The position numbers and the translations under genes are program-made. 56,067 nt of DNA. Origin: Chiloscyllium plagiosum. Lineage: Eukaryota. Location of the stretch: assembly GCF_004010195.1 (NCBI RefSeq), contig NC_057750.1, forward strand, positions 17,430,255 to 17,486,321, read 5' to 3'. Of the stretch, positions 1 through 12,872 are shown one piece after another (the stretch's first letter is position 1; the number at the start of each line of letters is the position of its first letter). Under the pieces are notes generated by a model. The model was given only the letters and a program-made list of their open reading frames with translations. It was not told the origin of the DNA and did not search any database.

Positions 1-47
1 GGGAGTGCAGGATGGGGAGTGTTTGTCTCTGTCAGTGTGTTATACAT

Positions 48-175
48 TCTCTCTCTCGCTCTCTCTCTCTCTCTCCCCTCCCAACACGGGCTCTCTCTCT
101 CCCTCTCCCCACCCAGCACGGGCTCTCTCTCTCCCTCTCCCCACCCTACATGGTTTCTCTCTCCCTCTCCCCACT
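48..175. repeat. CT-rich microsatellite plus about three ~33-bp units
   Basis: (CT)n followed by repeated cacgggctctctctctccctctccccac. Confidence 0.7.
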
Positions 176-1059
176 TCCTTCATGCAGCATCCGATAACTG
201 ATTAAAATGTTCCCATCCAGTAACTTTGACAACAGAATCCACCTGTTTCTGGAGGAACTTGCGTGTTACGTTCCTGGTCAGTATATTTGGATATTGCTTG
301 TCCATAAAGGGTCTGGCTGTTATTTAGTTTCGGAGCAATTGTAACCAACAAGTTTGAGGAGAGTGGAACCACACACCTTGGCACGTTAGTGTCTCCACAC
401 TGCTGTATTCTTACAAATCAATGTTTCAGGAATGCAACGATGTCATATAAATAGCCCCAGTAACTAATATTTAGCAGAAATAAGCATGGAAGGACACAGG
501 AGAGAGATGACCAAATCTCAAGAAAAGTGGATAGAGAAAGAACCAGAAAGCGACACTGAGGGATTTCAGGTTTTAGTTCTGAATGTTTGTAATAAACAGG
601 TCATGGAAACATCAAACTCTAGGAAATACCTCCTCACAGGAGGTACAAATCAAAAATCCAATGCTCTCAAGACACCATATTTAGCCCAGTTTTTAGAAAG
701 ACAAGCCAAATCACTTCGAGAAATGCTGTCGCCTTCATCTCACCCCAGTTGGAGAGTGCTGTTTGATTTTTTTTAAAAATCTGTTATCATCTTGGTCCAA
801 TTGTCGAAATTCATCATGGAGTCTCCCCAGAGGGTGGACCTGGAGAAATTTGTGACGCGATGGCAACATCAAATTGCAAGGCCTACGTTTCCTTTAAAAC
901 TCTCACAAGTTCTTTTGATTATAAATCCCGTGAGCGTCCAGCAAACAAAGGGAGGGAGGATGGATGGGCCCATTCAAGTTTACATTGTCGATGTCCACAG
1001 CCGTGGTCAGTGAACATTGTTTGAGAGTGTGGTCAACACTGACATGAGTACTTGTTACA

Positions 1060-1415
1060 ATTAAGTCTTGGGATATGGGAGCCACTGACAAGGGCAGTGT
1101 TTACTGCCCATCCCTAGTTGCCTTTGAACTGAGTTGTTTGCTTGTCCATTTTGGAGGGCAGTTAAGACTCAACCAATTTGTTGCCGGCCTGAAATCACAT
1201 GCAAGCCAGACCAGGTAAAGACAGTAGATTTCCTCCTGTAAAGTCCATTAGTGAACCAGATGGGTTTTCACAACAGTCAACATTTACTTCATTGGCTGCT
1301 GTTAGACTACATTTTGTTTCAAATTTCACCTTCTGCCACAAGTGGGATTTGAATCCGTGACCCCTGAGTATTAGATTATTAGTCTGCTGACATTACCACC
1401 ACACCACGGCCTCCA
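1060..1415 (-). mobile_element. Old tRNA-derived SINE with a LINE-derived 3' tail
   Basis: B-box-like gggatttgaatcc near 1345. Homologous copies lie at about 1555-1890 (+), 2750-3060 (+), 35050-35370 (+) and 53120-53290 (+). Confidence 0.6.
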
Positions 1416-1554
1416 AAATCAATATTCGGCTTGCTCCAATGGTCCCATCAATCGTTTTGGAGTCCCAGCCGACCAGGGCATGCATTTCACTCCAAGACCT
1501 GCCAGTCCATTTCTTTGCCAATGGAGTAAACATTTGGGCACAGTTTGGTTGTGT

Positions 1555-1890
1555 GGGTGATGGTGTTGTGGTGACATCATTGGATTAGCCATCCAGAATC
1601 CCAGGCTAATGTTCTGAGGATGGAGGCTTGAACTCCACCCCACCCCCCCACCTCCCACCCCGTCCCCATCCACCCACCAGGCAAATGGTAAAATTTGGAT
1701 TGAACGAGAACCTGGAATGATTGCTGAAAAAATCCATCTGGTTTGCCATCTTTACTCAGTCTGGTCTCCACGGAACCCCATAGGCCCAGCGGTATGATTG
1801 ACTCTTGGCCAATGAAGCCACACAGTTCAAGGGCAATTAGGTTGGGCAATAAACACTAGCCTTGTCACTCATTCCCTCATCCCATCAGTG
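1555..1890 (+). mobile_element. Old tRNA-derived SINE (same family as 1060-1415, opposite orientation)
   Basis: Shares the ctggtctcca...gactc...gggcaattagg...gggcaataaa...cccatc tail. Confidence 0.55.
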
Positions 1891-2554
1891 AGTCAAGCAC
1901 TCCAATTCCACGTGGTCATGGTGTCAACCCCTCCCAGGCATTTGGGACACTTACCACTCGAGACTGACATGTCATGCACCAAACCCAGTCCGGTCCACCA
2001 GAGAAATTCCCGTAAATTTAGAAAGTGACCGACAGTCAAAAGATGACATCCCACCAGGATCTCGTATCAAAATCGACGCTACAGACCTACCTTGGCAGCA
2101 GTGATTTCACACATTAGTGGGACACTCCTTCAGGAACACTGCTAGATTAGTTGCCCAGAGGGAAGGTTTCTAACTCTATTTAGTTTCTTTCTGAAAATGA
2201 TTTGAATTAGAAGAAATTCCTGCAAAGGTTGTCTATATTGAGGAAAATTGGGTGAAAGCTCTTGGGTTCAGTGCTCATCTCTGTGAGTCTGTCCACTCAC
2301 TGCCATGACATTTCCTTTTTCTACTCTTCATGGGCCCTGACAAAGGGGTTCTTGTTAAATCAAGGGGTCACTCTGTACTTTGAGTCAAGGACTCTGGGCA
2401 AAGCCTTAGCCCCACAACTCTTGTCAACTGAATGTAGCATTGATGCGCTAGTAATCCAGAGCGTTTTGAAGAAGGGCCATTGGATCCGAAACATTAACTC
2501 GGCAGTCTCTCCGCAGGTGCTGCTCGAACTGCTAAGTTTCTCCAGCAATTTCTG

Positions 2555-2732
2555 ATTCGGAGATGCCGGTGTTGGGCTGGGGTGTACAAAGTTCAAAATC
2601 ACACAACACCAGGTTATAGTCCAACAGGTTTAATTGGAAGCACTGGCTTTCTGATGAAGGTGCGTTGCTCCGAAAGCTAATGCTTCCAATTAAACCTTTT
2701 GGACTATAACCTGGTGTTGTGTGATTTGTAAC
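2555..2732. mobile_element. Palindromic hammerhead-bearing mini-element (family B) with a 13-bp TSD, nested in another degenerate hammerhead element (about 2460-2752)
   Basis: Inverted arms aaatcacacaacaccaggttatagtccaa / ttggactataacctggtgttgtgtgattt. Core CTGATGA...GAAAGCTA at 2651-2679. TSD CCAGCAATTTCTG at 2542-2554 and 2733-2745. Confidence 0.8.
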
Positions 2733-3177
2733 CCAGCAATTTCTGTTTTTTGTTAGGAATCCAGAGGCCCAGGACACGGGTTCAGATCCCACCACGGCTG
2801 GTGGCGAAGTTTAAATGCAGTAATGAAATTCTGGATTTGAAAGTTAGTCTTGTTCATGGTGCTGATGTCAGCTATCACTGATTGTTGTAAAAACCCATCG
2901 GTTTCACTAATAGAGAAGGAATTCTGCCATCCTTACCCGGTCTGGCTTACATGTGACTCCAGACCTATCGGGTTGACTTCTTAACTGACCCCTAAAATGG
3001 TCTAACAAGCCACTCAGTTCAAAGACAATTATGGATTGCTACCAAATGCAGGCATTGGAAAAATATTAAAATAAAAACTATGGTGGAGAGGGGATTACTC
3101 TTCACTTTCTGAGCTAACCTCAAAAACCAAATGTTCGATCCAAATCACTGGATCAGGAGCTCTGTTTGATACAATCC

Positions 3178-3411
3178 GTAGAGTCCCTACAGTGTGGAAA
3201 CATGCCGTTTGGCCCAACAAGTCCACACCGACCCTCTGAAAAGTAACCCTCCCAGACTCATTCCCCTCCCCTATTACTCTTTACTTACCCCTGACTAATG
3301 CACCTAGCCTACACAGCCCTGAACACTATGGGCAATTTAGCATGGCCAATTCACCCTAACCTGAACATCTTTGGATTGTGGGAGGAAACTGGAGCACCCG
3401 GAGGAAACCCA
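3178..3411 (-). mobile_element. HE1-type V-SINE, 5'-truncated
   Basis: Reverse complement of the HE1 core and tail (cagtgtggaaaca...ggagcacccggaggaaaccc). Confidence 0.85.
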
Positions 3412-3953
3412 GTAGGGCAAATCTAATCGTTAGCACCACAGATAGGTGCTGTGTGTGTTCACAGTCAGCAATATAACATGGTCACGTTAGCTGACCTCAG
3501 AATTATCATTGCAGTCATCAATGTCATTTTTAACTTCAAGTCCAACAGGCAGGTGGTACAGGCCAATCAGATGGTTCAATCGGGTATTCCGAGTAGAGGA
3601 ATGGAAGTTGGAATGATGATAGGGGAGGGGAAGGAGGTTAATGTGTTGTTGCTGAGGACTCCTGGACAGAGAATATTTTACTGTGAATCACAGTGATTGA
3701 GCATTCGTCTCTATGGAGATGACCTCCACACCCAGCCAATCAGAAAGGTTACCATTCTGATGCAGTTAGCGGGAACACTCAAGTTGACATCTTTCCAATG
3801 TTGTAATGGATTGAGTTGAGCTTCTTGGAACAGGGAATGGGTGTCTCAGGAATGAGAAAGCCAGAAGATTGCAGGGATCATTCTGATGTCTACTCTACAG
3901 CAGATGGTTCTCAGCAGCCGTGTTAGCTCCGAGCAAGCAGCTTTTCAGGCAGG

Positions 3954-3959
3954 CATGCA
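3954..3959 (-). promoter_or_regulatory. RBFOX motif UGCAUG about 46 nt downstream of the exon 5b-like donor, within a YGCY-rich tract
   Basis: Plus strand catgca at 3954-3959, flanked by (GCCU)n/UGCU repeats on the transcript strand. This position is typical of RBFOX-activated exons. Confidence 0.5.
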
Positions 3960-4003
3960 GGCAGGCAGGCAGAGTGGCCTCTGGGGCCAACGGTTGGCAC
4001 CTA

Positions 4004-4177
<174 letters not shown>

Positions 4178-4491
4178 TCAGCGGCGCTCCCAAACTGATC
4201 GGGGTTGGACCGCGGTAACGGCAAAGTGAGGTACGGGAGCTGTCGGGGAAACCTCAGGCTGTTGGACGTTGATGTCCCCCATTGGCAACCGGATCACACT
4301 TTACAGCAAACCCCTTTCAGTGTGGGATTCCCTCATCCCTCTGAAGAATTACACACTCACTGAATGAAGGAAAAGAGCGAAATGGACAGACACAAAAACA
4401 GTACCACATGGACACCAGGTATTTGCCACAGTCTCCTGACACAGTGGGACCAGTGGAGGTCCAGAAAGTGCCTTGGAATGCCAATACCTAC

Positions 4492-4609
4492 TTGGCGCAG
4501 GGACAGACGCAAAGGCCACAGCACTTTGCCATGTCTGATAAATTTTTCTCTGCCTCCTTCATGTCTTGGTTGATCTGGTCCATGCCCTCCTCAACACGAT
4601 CAAGTTGTT
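4492..4609 (-). CDS. snap25: SNAP25-family exon 5, a-like copy: (E)[39 protein letters not shown]
   Basis: 118-nt exon between a ...cttctgctctgactAG acceptor and a GTaggt donor. It has the same phase as 4005-4122 and an open frame. It is a paralogous duplicate lying 369 nt upstream in the transcript direction. Confidence 0.92.
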
Positions 4610-5034
4610 CTAGTCAGAGCAGAAGTAAAGGAGTTGAGCGTCAGGAAGAGAAATATCTGGGATAAACAGCACTCAGAACAACCCGGGACATTTGTTACTA
4701 CAAGCCTGGTCAAAGGACTGATTAAAGTCACAGTTAGCAGTTACTGCCAGGGCTGCAAGATTGTGAATGAGATACTAAAAAGTTATTTAGAAAAAAACAT
4801 TGTCACATCATAATCAGGGATAAGCCTGATTTGGTCCCACTCTGTTGTCTTTGGAACTCATCGGGTACATGTTTAAAGACCAGTTCCAGGTGGAAACTGA
4901 TTCCCAGATGTTGTTCCATGGCTCCAGAGTCAGTCCACCATGTGACAAGCCCAATGGGGGCTTCTCAAAGGAACTGAGAATGAATGTGGAATCAAAGTGG
5001 ACCGAAAGGATCGGTTCTGGGGCCACCGCTGTTT

Positions 5035-8000
5035 GTCATTTTTATAAACGACCTGGATGAGGGGGTAGAAGGGTGGGTTAGCACATTTGCAGACGACACT
5101 AAGGGCGGTAGGACTGTCGATAGTGACAAAAGGATGTTGTAGGTTACAAATGGACATGGAACATTGAACAACACAGCGCAGGACAGGCCCTTCGGCCCTC
5201 AATGCTGTGCCGACCTGTGAACTATTCTCAGCTCGTCCTCCTACACGATCCCATCATCATCCATGTGCTTATCCAAGGATTGTTTAAATCTCCCTAATGT
5301 GGCTGAGTTAACTACATTGGCAGGTAGGGCATTCCACGCCCTTACCACTCTCTGCGTAAAGCACCTGCCTCTGACATCAGTCTTAAATCTATCACCCCTC
5401 AATTTGTGGTTATGCCCCCTCGTACAGGCTGATGTCATCATCCTAGGAAAAAGACTTTCACTGTCTACCCTATCTAATCCTCTGATCATCTGTATGTCTC
5501 TATTAAAGCCCCTCTTAGTCTTCTTCTCTCCAATCAGAACAGACCCAAGTCCCTCAGCCTTTCCTCATAAGAGCTTGACTCCAGACCAGGCAACATCCCG
5601 GTAAATCTCCTCTGCACCTTTTCCAATGCTTCCACTTCCTTCCTGTAATGGGGCGACCAGAACTGTACACAATATTCCAAGTGCGGCTGCACTAGTGTTT
5701 GTACAGTTGCAGTATGGCATCACAGCTCCAGAACTCAATCCCTCTGCCAATGAAACCTAAACACACTGCATGCCTTCATAACAGCATTATCAACCTGGTG
5801 GCAACTTTCAGGGATCTATGTACATGGACACCAAGATCCCTCTGCACATCCACACTACCAAGAATCTTTCCATTGACCCAGTACTCTGCTATCCTATTAT
5901 TCTTCCCAAAGTGCATCACCTCACACTTATCTGCATTAAACTCCATTTGCCACCACTCAGCCCAATTCTGCAGTTTACCCAAGTTCCCCTGCAGCCTGTA
6001 ACATTCTTCCACACTGTCCACTATTCCACCGAATTTATTATCATCTGCAAATCCATCCACCTATGCCTGCGTCCAAGTTATTTATAAAAAATGACAAACA
6101 GCAGTGGTCCCAAAACAGATCCTTGTGGAACACCACTAGTAACTGGTCTCCAGGCTGAATATTTTCCATCAACCACCACTTGCTGCCTTCTTCCAGAAAG
6201 CCAGTTTCTAATCCAAACTGCTAAATCACCCTCAATCCCATGCTTCCGCATTTTCTCCATCAGCCTACAATGTGGAACATTATCAGAGGCTTTACTGAAG
6301 TCCATGTACACCACGTCAACTGCCCTACTCTCATCCACATACTTGGTCACCTTCTCAAAAAACTCAATGAGGTTTGTGAGACACGACCTGCCCTTGACGA
6401 AGCCATGTTGACTATCTCCAATCAAATTGTTGCTTGCTAGATGATTATAAATCTTATCTCTTATAATCCTTTCCAAAACTTTTCCTACAATAGATGTAAG
6501 GCTCACTGGTCTATAATTACCTGGGTCATCTCCACTGTCCTTCTTGAACAAGGGCACAACATTTACAATCCCCCAGTCGTCTGGTACTAAACCCGTAGAC
6601 AATGACGACTCAAAGATCAAGGCCAAAGGCTCCACCATCATCTCCCTAGCTTCCCAGAGAATTCTCAGATAAATCCCTTCTAGCCCAGGGGACTTATCTA
6701 CATTCATACCTTTGAGAATTGATAACACCTCCTCCTTACTAACCTTAATCCTTCCTAGTCTCATAGTCCGTGTCTCAGTCTTCTCCTCTACAATATTCTC
6801 CTTTTCCTGAGTGAAAACCATTGAGAAATGTTCGTTTAGCACCTCTCTGATCTCCATAGAGTCCACACGCAACTTCCCACTTCTGTCTTTGACTGGCCCT
6901 ATTCCTGCCCTAATCATCCTTTTATTCCTCACATACCTATAGAAAGCTTTAGGGTTCTCCTTTACTCTATTTGCTAAAGGCTGCTCATGTCTCCTCCTTG
7001 CTCTTCTTAACTCTCTCTTTAAATCCTTCCTAGCTGATCTGTAACTCTCCATCGCCTCATCGGAACTATCACGTCTCAATGTCACCTAAGCCTCCCTCTT
7101 CCACTTAACAAGAGATACAATTTCTTTAGTAAACCATGGTTCCCTTACCTTGTCACTTCCTCCCTGCCAGACAAGGACATACCTATCGAGGACACGCAAT
7201 GTCTGTTCCTTAAACCAGCTCCACATTTCCATTGTCCCCATCCCCTGCATTTTGCTATCCCATTCTATGCATCCTAATCCTTGCCTAATCGCATTATAAT
7301 TGCCCTTGCCCCATCGATAACTCTTGACCTGTGGCATGTACCTATCCCTTTCTATCACTAAACTAAACGTAACTGAATTATGGTCACTCTCTCCAAGTGC
7401 TCACCTCCAACTAAATCAAACACTTGGCCTGGTTCATTACCAAGTACCAGATCCAGTGTGGCCTCCCCTCTTGTCGACCCTTCGACATCCTGTGTCAGGA
7501 AACCCTCCTGTACACAGTGGACAAAAACTGATCCATCCGATGCACTAGAGTTATAGCATTTCCAGTCAATGTTGGGGAAGTAAAAGTCCCCCATAATGAC
7601 CACCTTTCACTCCTGTCCAGAATCATTTAGTCAATCCTCTCCTCCATCTCCCTGGAATCTGCGGAGCCTATAAAATGCTCCAAACAGTGTGACCTCTCCT
7701 CTGCTGTTTCTAACCTCAGCTCATAACCTCAGCTCAGTAGGCGAGTCCTCATCAAAAGTTCTTTCAGCCATCGTTATAATATCCTTGACTAACAAAGCCA
7801 CACCTTCCCCGCTTTTACTGCCTTCCCTGATTTTAAAGAAAAATCTGCAACATCCATTCCTGACCCTGCTCTATCCATGTCTCCAAAATGTCACAACATT
7901 GAAGTCCCAGGTACCTATCCATGCTGGACGCTCACCTACCTTATTCCAGATACTCCTGGTGTTGAAGTAGACGCACTTCAAACCAGCTTGCTGCCTGCCA

Positions 8001-8883
8001 GCACACTCTTGTGACCATGAAATCCTGTCCATGCCCTCTCCACTCTCATAGATAAGCTACAGCACTGGGCTGAGAGGTGGCAAATGGAGTTTAATGCGGA
8101 AAAGTGTGAGGTTAATCTGCTTTGGAAGGAGTAACAGGAATGCAGAGTACTGGGCTAATGGTAATATTCTTGGTAGTGTAGCTGAGCAGAGAGACCTCAG
8201 TGTCCATGTTCATAGATCCTTGAAAGTTGCCACCCAGGTTGATAGGGTTGTTAAGAAGGCATACGGTGTGTTAGATTTTATTGGGAGAAGGATCAAGTTT
8301 CGGAGCCACGAGGTCATGCTACAGCTGTACAAAACACTGGTGCAGCCACACTTGGAGTATTGTGTACAGTTTTGGTCACCGCATTATAGGGAGGATGTGG
8401 AAGCTTTGGAAAGGGCTCAGAGGAGATTTACCAGGATGTTGCCTGATATGGAGGGAAGGTCTTACGAGGAAAGGCTGAGGGATTTGAGGCTGTTTTCGTT
8501 AGAGAGAAGAAGGTTGAGAGGTGATTTAATTGAGACATATAAGATAATCAGAGGGTTCGATAGGGTGGACAGTGAGAGCCTTTTTCCTCAGATGGTGATG
8601 GCTAGTAAGAGGAGACATAGCTTTAAATTGAAGGGTAATAGATATAGGACAGATGTCAGAGGTAGTGTCTTTACTCAGAGAGTTGTAGAGGTGTGGAACA
8701 CCCTGCCTGCAATAGTACACTCACCAACTTTAAGGGCATCTAAATGGTCACTGGACAGGCACATGGATGAGAATGAAATAGTGTAGGTTAGATGGGCTTC
8801 AGATTGGTTTCACAGTTTGGCGCAACATCGAGGGCGGAAGAGCCTGTACTGGACCGTAATGTTCTATGTTCTATGTTCTATGT
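5035..8883 (+). mobile_element. CR1/HER1 LINE 3' portion (5035-5157 and 8048-8883), split by an antisense CR1 insertion
   Basis: FADD motif at about 5086-5097. It continues at 8048 with ORF2 C-terminal [12 protein letters not shown] and ends in a (TTCTATG)n tail at about 8860-8883. Confidence 0.9.
5158..8047 (-). mobile_element. CR1/HER1 LINE, about 2.9 kb, decayed ORF2 (APE endonuclease plus RT)
   Basis: ORF pieces with GDF..PNIDW, NYRPVSLTS, QHGF, GVPQGSVLGP and FADD. There is an in-frame stop at 7086-7088 and several frameshifts. Confidence 0.95.
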
Positions 8884-8956
8884 CAGGCAGAGTGTGACAC
8901 AGGCTTATATTTGCTGATCATGGCCTCAATTACCCAATCCCAACTAAGCAATTGTA

Positions 8957-9111
8957 GTGTGTGTGTGTCTGTGTGTGTGTCTATGTGTGTGCGTGTGTGT
9001 GTCTACGCGTGTATGTGTGCCTGTGTGTGTCTGTGTGTGTGTGCGCGCGAGTGTGTGTCTGTGTGTGTGTGCGCTTGTCTGTGTGTGCGTGTGTGTATCC
9101 GTCTGTGTGTG
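8957..9111. repeat. Degenerate (GT)n microsatellite
   Basis: Direct reading. Confidence 0.9.
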
Positions 9112-10756
9112 TTGGTGGGGATGGGGAGGTGGAAGAAGGCACATGCCCCTATTGTCTCGAACACTTACCAGGAAGTGGGATGCTATGCTGCTGAAACGAT
9201 GGGGAATGTCATGTGAATGCAGGGTTCACTAACACAGGGAGAATAAGCATGGACCTGAAGGAATCTGCAAAGCTACGAGGAGATGCAACAATCCTGGGAT
9301 TGACTGATTACAAGGAATTTGACCAGACATTTTAAGAAAATTACAATGGAGCTCAAAATTGCAGTCACAACCCACGTAATATACATAGCATGTAATATAA
9401 AGAGCATAATATATAGAGCATTAAATAGAGAATACAAAATATGGAGCACATTATATACAGAGCATTATATATATATAGTGTGCTATCTAGAACATTGATC
9501 TAGAGTACTATATATAGAGCATTATATACACCGCAGTTTCCTGCAGGGAAAGAAACCAGCTGGGTATTCATTGGGACAGTGCACTCCATGATAGCCCTTA
9601 ACCTCTGTTCTCATGAGCACTGGATCTGAACTATTAGATTAACCGTCTCCTTCAGAACTTGTTTCAGCACTTATCTGAGACTTACAGAACTCATGGCTTT
9701 CCTCTCCACCTTGAACTTTGTTCACTCACTTGTTTTCTGAGTGTGGTAGCCGCCCATCAGCTGTGAGCCTGCCCCAGGGAGATGACTGGGAGGAAATCTC
9801 TGCTGAAACTATTCTAGCTAAGACCAGTGAGTCTGGAACTATAGTTGGACTGCAATGGTTAATAGCAGGTGAATTGGCTTCACCATTACACAAACTTTCT
9901 GACATTAATTTCCATCAAAATCGATAAAGAAAAAGCTGTCTGAACACAGGCAGAAATACAGATCCATGGTGTTCAATGAATGCCTTCAGTGAGGCTTACT
10001 GAAAGGGTTGGATAAATACCATCAGCCTGTACAAATAATGCAAACCTCAGTTTTCTAAACACTCCTGTTCTCACGATTTAATTTCGATGCTAGAAAAAGC
10101 ATTGACCAAGACGTCTACAGCACCACTTCCTCAAGGAATGGAAAGTAAGATGAGAGATTGGAGAGTGACTTCACCCTGTGAACTAGCTAAGGTTTGGAAT
10201 AGTCAGTGGAGGGAGAACAAAACAGAAGACTAAAAAAAAATTGAAAACAAAACCCATTCGTTCAAGGACCTGCCATTATCTGCATGTGTTTACTAAATTT
10301 GCAAGAATGTATAAGGAATCTAATTTTCCATTCACGCTTAGCATTTTTGGTTTTTATTTTTAGTTTTATTTTTCATTATCTTTTGAGTCCTGTACATAAG
10401 TAGCCAGATTAATTACTGCTTTGAACTCAAAGATGATCAAACAGTATTTTCGGTACTATTAATGCATAAAATTTTAAAGTCCAATTAAGAAAATATTTCC
10501 CCTTTTCCTGGCAACTCATAATTTACAAATAAAACCATCAAATATCCTGAAACAATTGAATTGCATCCCATTACCTACTGCTGGGGGAGGGCTGGGCAAG
10601 AAAGATGTAGCGCTTCCTCTGTAGGAGACTGGGAGGAGCGTGTAGCAAGTCAATATCACTGTGAAGGGGACTGGGAGCAGTTTAAAGTTATTTATGGTTA
10701 AGGATAAGAGTAATCCTTGCTTAAAAGTACTAAACTGGGGGAAGGCTAACTGCAAC

Positions 10757-11217
10757 TCCATGCTCTATGGTCTGTTCCCCAGGACGCACACCGAGACGAA
10801 CATCAACTGTGCCTGGAGGATCATCAACTCAGTGAAGGACGCTCTCTGGGCGGTCCAAAACCTGTTGATCTCCCAGCTGAATGAGTTGACCCCGACTGAG
10901 TGTTGCAGACTGGCACATTCCAAGGTCCAGGACTACGTGTTGAGGGACGCGCTGAAGCTTGGGGCAGCTGCCGCCAAGGCGCGATGGGGAAGACCACCGT
11001 GTAACATCTGCCTACCTAAGAAGAACAGGAGGTCCACTCAGAAATTGGGCCCCACTGACACCTCAGCTAAATATCTGGATGGTCAATGTATATACGAACG
11101 ATTAATTCCGATCTCTGTATGTAAAGAAATGCAATGTGTGCATAAGAATGGCGTGACCAATTGTATAGATATCAAAATAATTTTATGAATAAAGCATATT
11201 TTTGAAATAAAAAAAAC
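10757..11217 (+). mobile_element. L1/Tx1-clade LINE 3' end with poly(A) signal and A-tail
   Basis: ORF2 C-terminal LYGLFP...CAWRIINSVKDALW...KARWG, followed by AATAAA and an A-run. A probable TSD aactgcaac/aactacaac restores the host CR1 frame. Confidence 0.8.
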
Positions 11218-11452
11218 TACAACAATATTAGGTGGGAATGCAGGGCAGCTGTTTGAGGGTAAATCCACCTCTGTCGTTTGGGAATCTTTTCAAGGCCAGT
11301 TGATTAGAGTTCTGGACCAGCATGCTACTGTCAAAATGACAAGATTTGGGAACCTTGGATGACAGGAGAAACTGCAAGCTTTAGTCAAAAAGAGAACAAA
11401 GGCATTCATAAGGTTTAGGAAACTGAAGACAGGCAGAGCCCTTGAGGAATAT

Positions 11453-11778
11453 TAGATTAGGTTCCCTACAGTGTGGAAACAGGCCCTTCAGCCCAACCAG
11501 TCCACACTAACCCTCCAAAGAGTAACCCACCCAGACCCGTCCCCCTACATATACCCCTGACTAATGCACCTAACACTACGCGCAATTTAGCACAGCCAAT
11601 TCACCTGACCTGCACATCTTTGGACTGTGGGAGGGAACCGGAGCACCCGGAGAAAACCCACGCAGACACGGGGAGAATGTGCAAACTCCACACAGACAGT
11701 CACCCAGAGGTAGGAATCGAATCTGGGACCCTGGCGCTGTGAGGCAGCAGTTCCAACCACTGAGCCACAGTGCCGCCC
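11453..11778 (-). mobile_element. Full-length HE1 V-SINE
   Basis: tRNA-like head GGGCGGCAC..TGGCTCAGTGGTT, V-domain and (TAATC)n tail, with a short gaatat duplication. Confidence 0.92.
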
Positions 11779-12473
11779 AGAATATAAAGATAGCAAGGAG
11801 GTCAGAGGCTTAAAAAGGTCCATGAAATACTCACTTTCACTTACTACAAATAACGGTCTAAATTCTTCAATTGCGTTAAAGCCAATTTGTGTTGAAGAAA
11901 CATGTCTTACAGTAGAACCAACCGTATAAGAAGCAAGAGGCTAGCGAGGGAAAGAGTAGGTTCACTCAAGGACAAAGGAGGGAATTTGCACCTGGATCCA
12001 GAGGAAGTGAGCGATGTCCTTAATGAATACTTTGCATCAGAACTCACAAAGAAGTAGAACATGGTGGATAGTGAGTTTTGGGAGGGGTACGTTGATATTC
12101 TAGATATTTTTTGTGATATAAAAAGGGTGTTTTGAAAAGCATGAAGGTAAACAAGTCCCAGGGCCTGGTGGGATGTATCCCAGAATGCTGAGGGAGGCAG
12201 GTGAGGAAATTGCTGGGACCTTTGTATGAAATCTTTGTATCCTCTTTAAACACAGGAGAGGTTTGGGGACCAGCCAGCATTGTTCCTTTGTTTAAAAAGG
12301 GCAACAGGAATAATCCAGGAAATTACAGGCTGTTGAGTCTTACGTCAGAGGTAGGGAAATTATTGGAAAAGATTCTTAAGGGTAGAATCTACTCACATTT
12401 AGAAAAATATGGACTTATTAGCAATAGATAGCATGGCTTTAGGGAGGGAGATCTCACAAACTTGGTTACGCCT

Positions 12474-12660
12474 GATTTGGAGATGCTGGTGTTGGACTGG
12501 GGTGGGCAAAGTTAAAAATCACACAACACCAGGTTATAGGCCAACAGGTTTATTTGGAAGCACTAGCTTTCGGAGCGCTGCTCTTTCAAGTGGTTGACAA
12601 CCTCCTGGTGATGGAGCAGCGCTCCAAAAGCTAGCATTTTCAAGGGTACACCTGTTGGAA
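12474..12660. mobile_element. Family-B palindromic hammerhead mini-element, degenerate
   Basis: Same tttggagatg..ggtgttggactgggg start as 2555 and 23966, with a partial inverted second arm. Confidence 0.7.
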
Positions 12661-12872
12661 GATAAAGTGAGGGCGATCAAAGCTGCCCAGCTCCCACACA
12701 TGTACCGGGGCTTAGGTCTTTCCTCAGGCTGGTGAGTTATTACAGAAAGTTCATACATAACCTTGCCTCCATCCTGGCATCTTCTCATCAACTCTTAAAA
12801 AAGGGTCACTCTGGGAAATGGGTGCGTAGCTAAGCCATAGCTTTCACAGAAGTGAAGAAACATCCTATCATC
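12661..12872 (+). mobile_element. Gypsy/Ty3 pol fragment (RT thumb/connection)
   Basis: Broken translation DKVRAIK..P..V..LRSFL.LVSYYRKFIHNLASILA...LLKKG...W....AFTEVKK. Confidence 0.75.

Larger units (their letters stand above)
10615..12470 (+). mobile_element. Old CR1 LINE fragment hosting Tx1 and HE1 insertions
   Basis: KVLNWGKAN...WESFQGQLIRV...NPGNYRLLSLTS peptides in broken frames. Confidence 0.8.

Noticed and set aside
6078..8786. 335-aa and 230-aa ORFs as host genes
   Set aside because: They are fragments of CR1 ORF2 with stops and frameshifts.
9680..9745. Minus-strand ATG AGT TCT|GTAAGT mini-exon in SNAP intron 4
   Set aside because: Its phase 0 is incompatible with the phase-1 start of either exon 5, and there is no other support.
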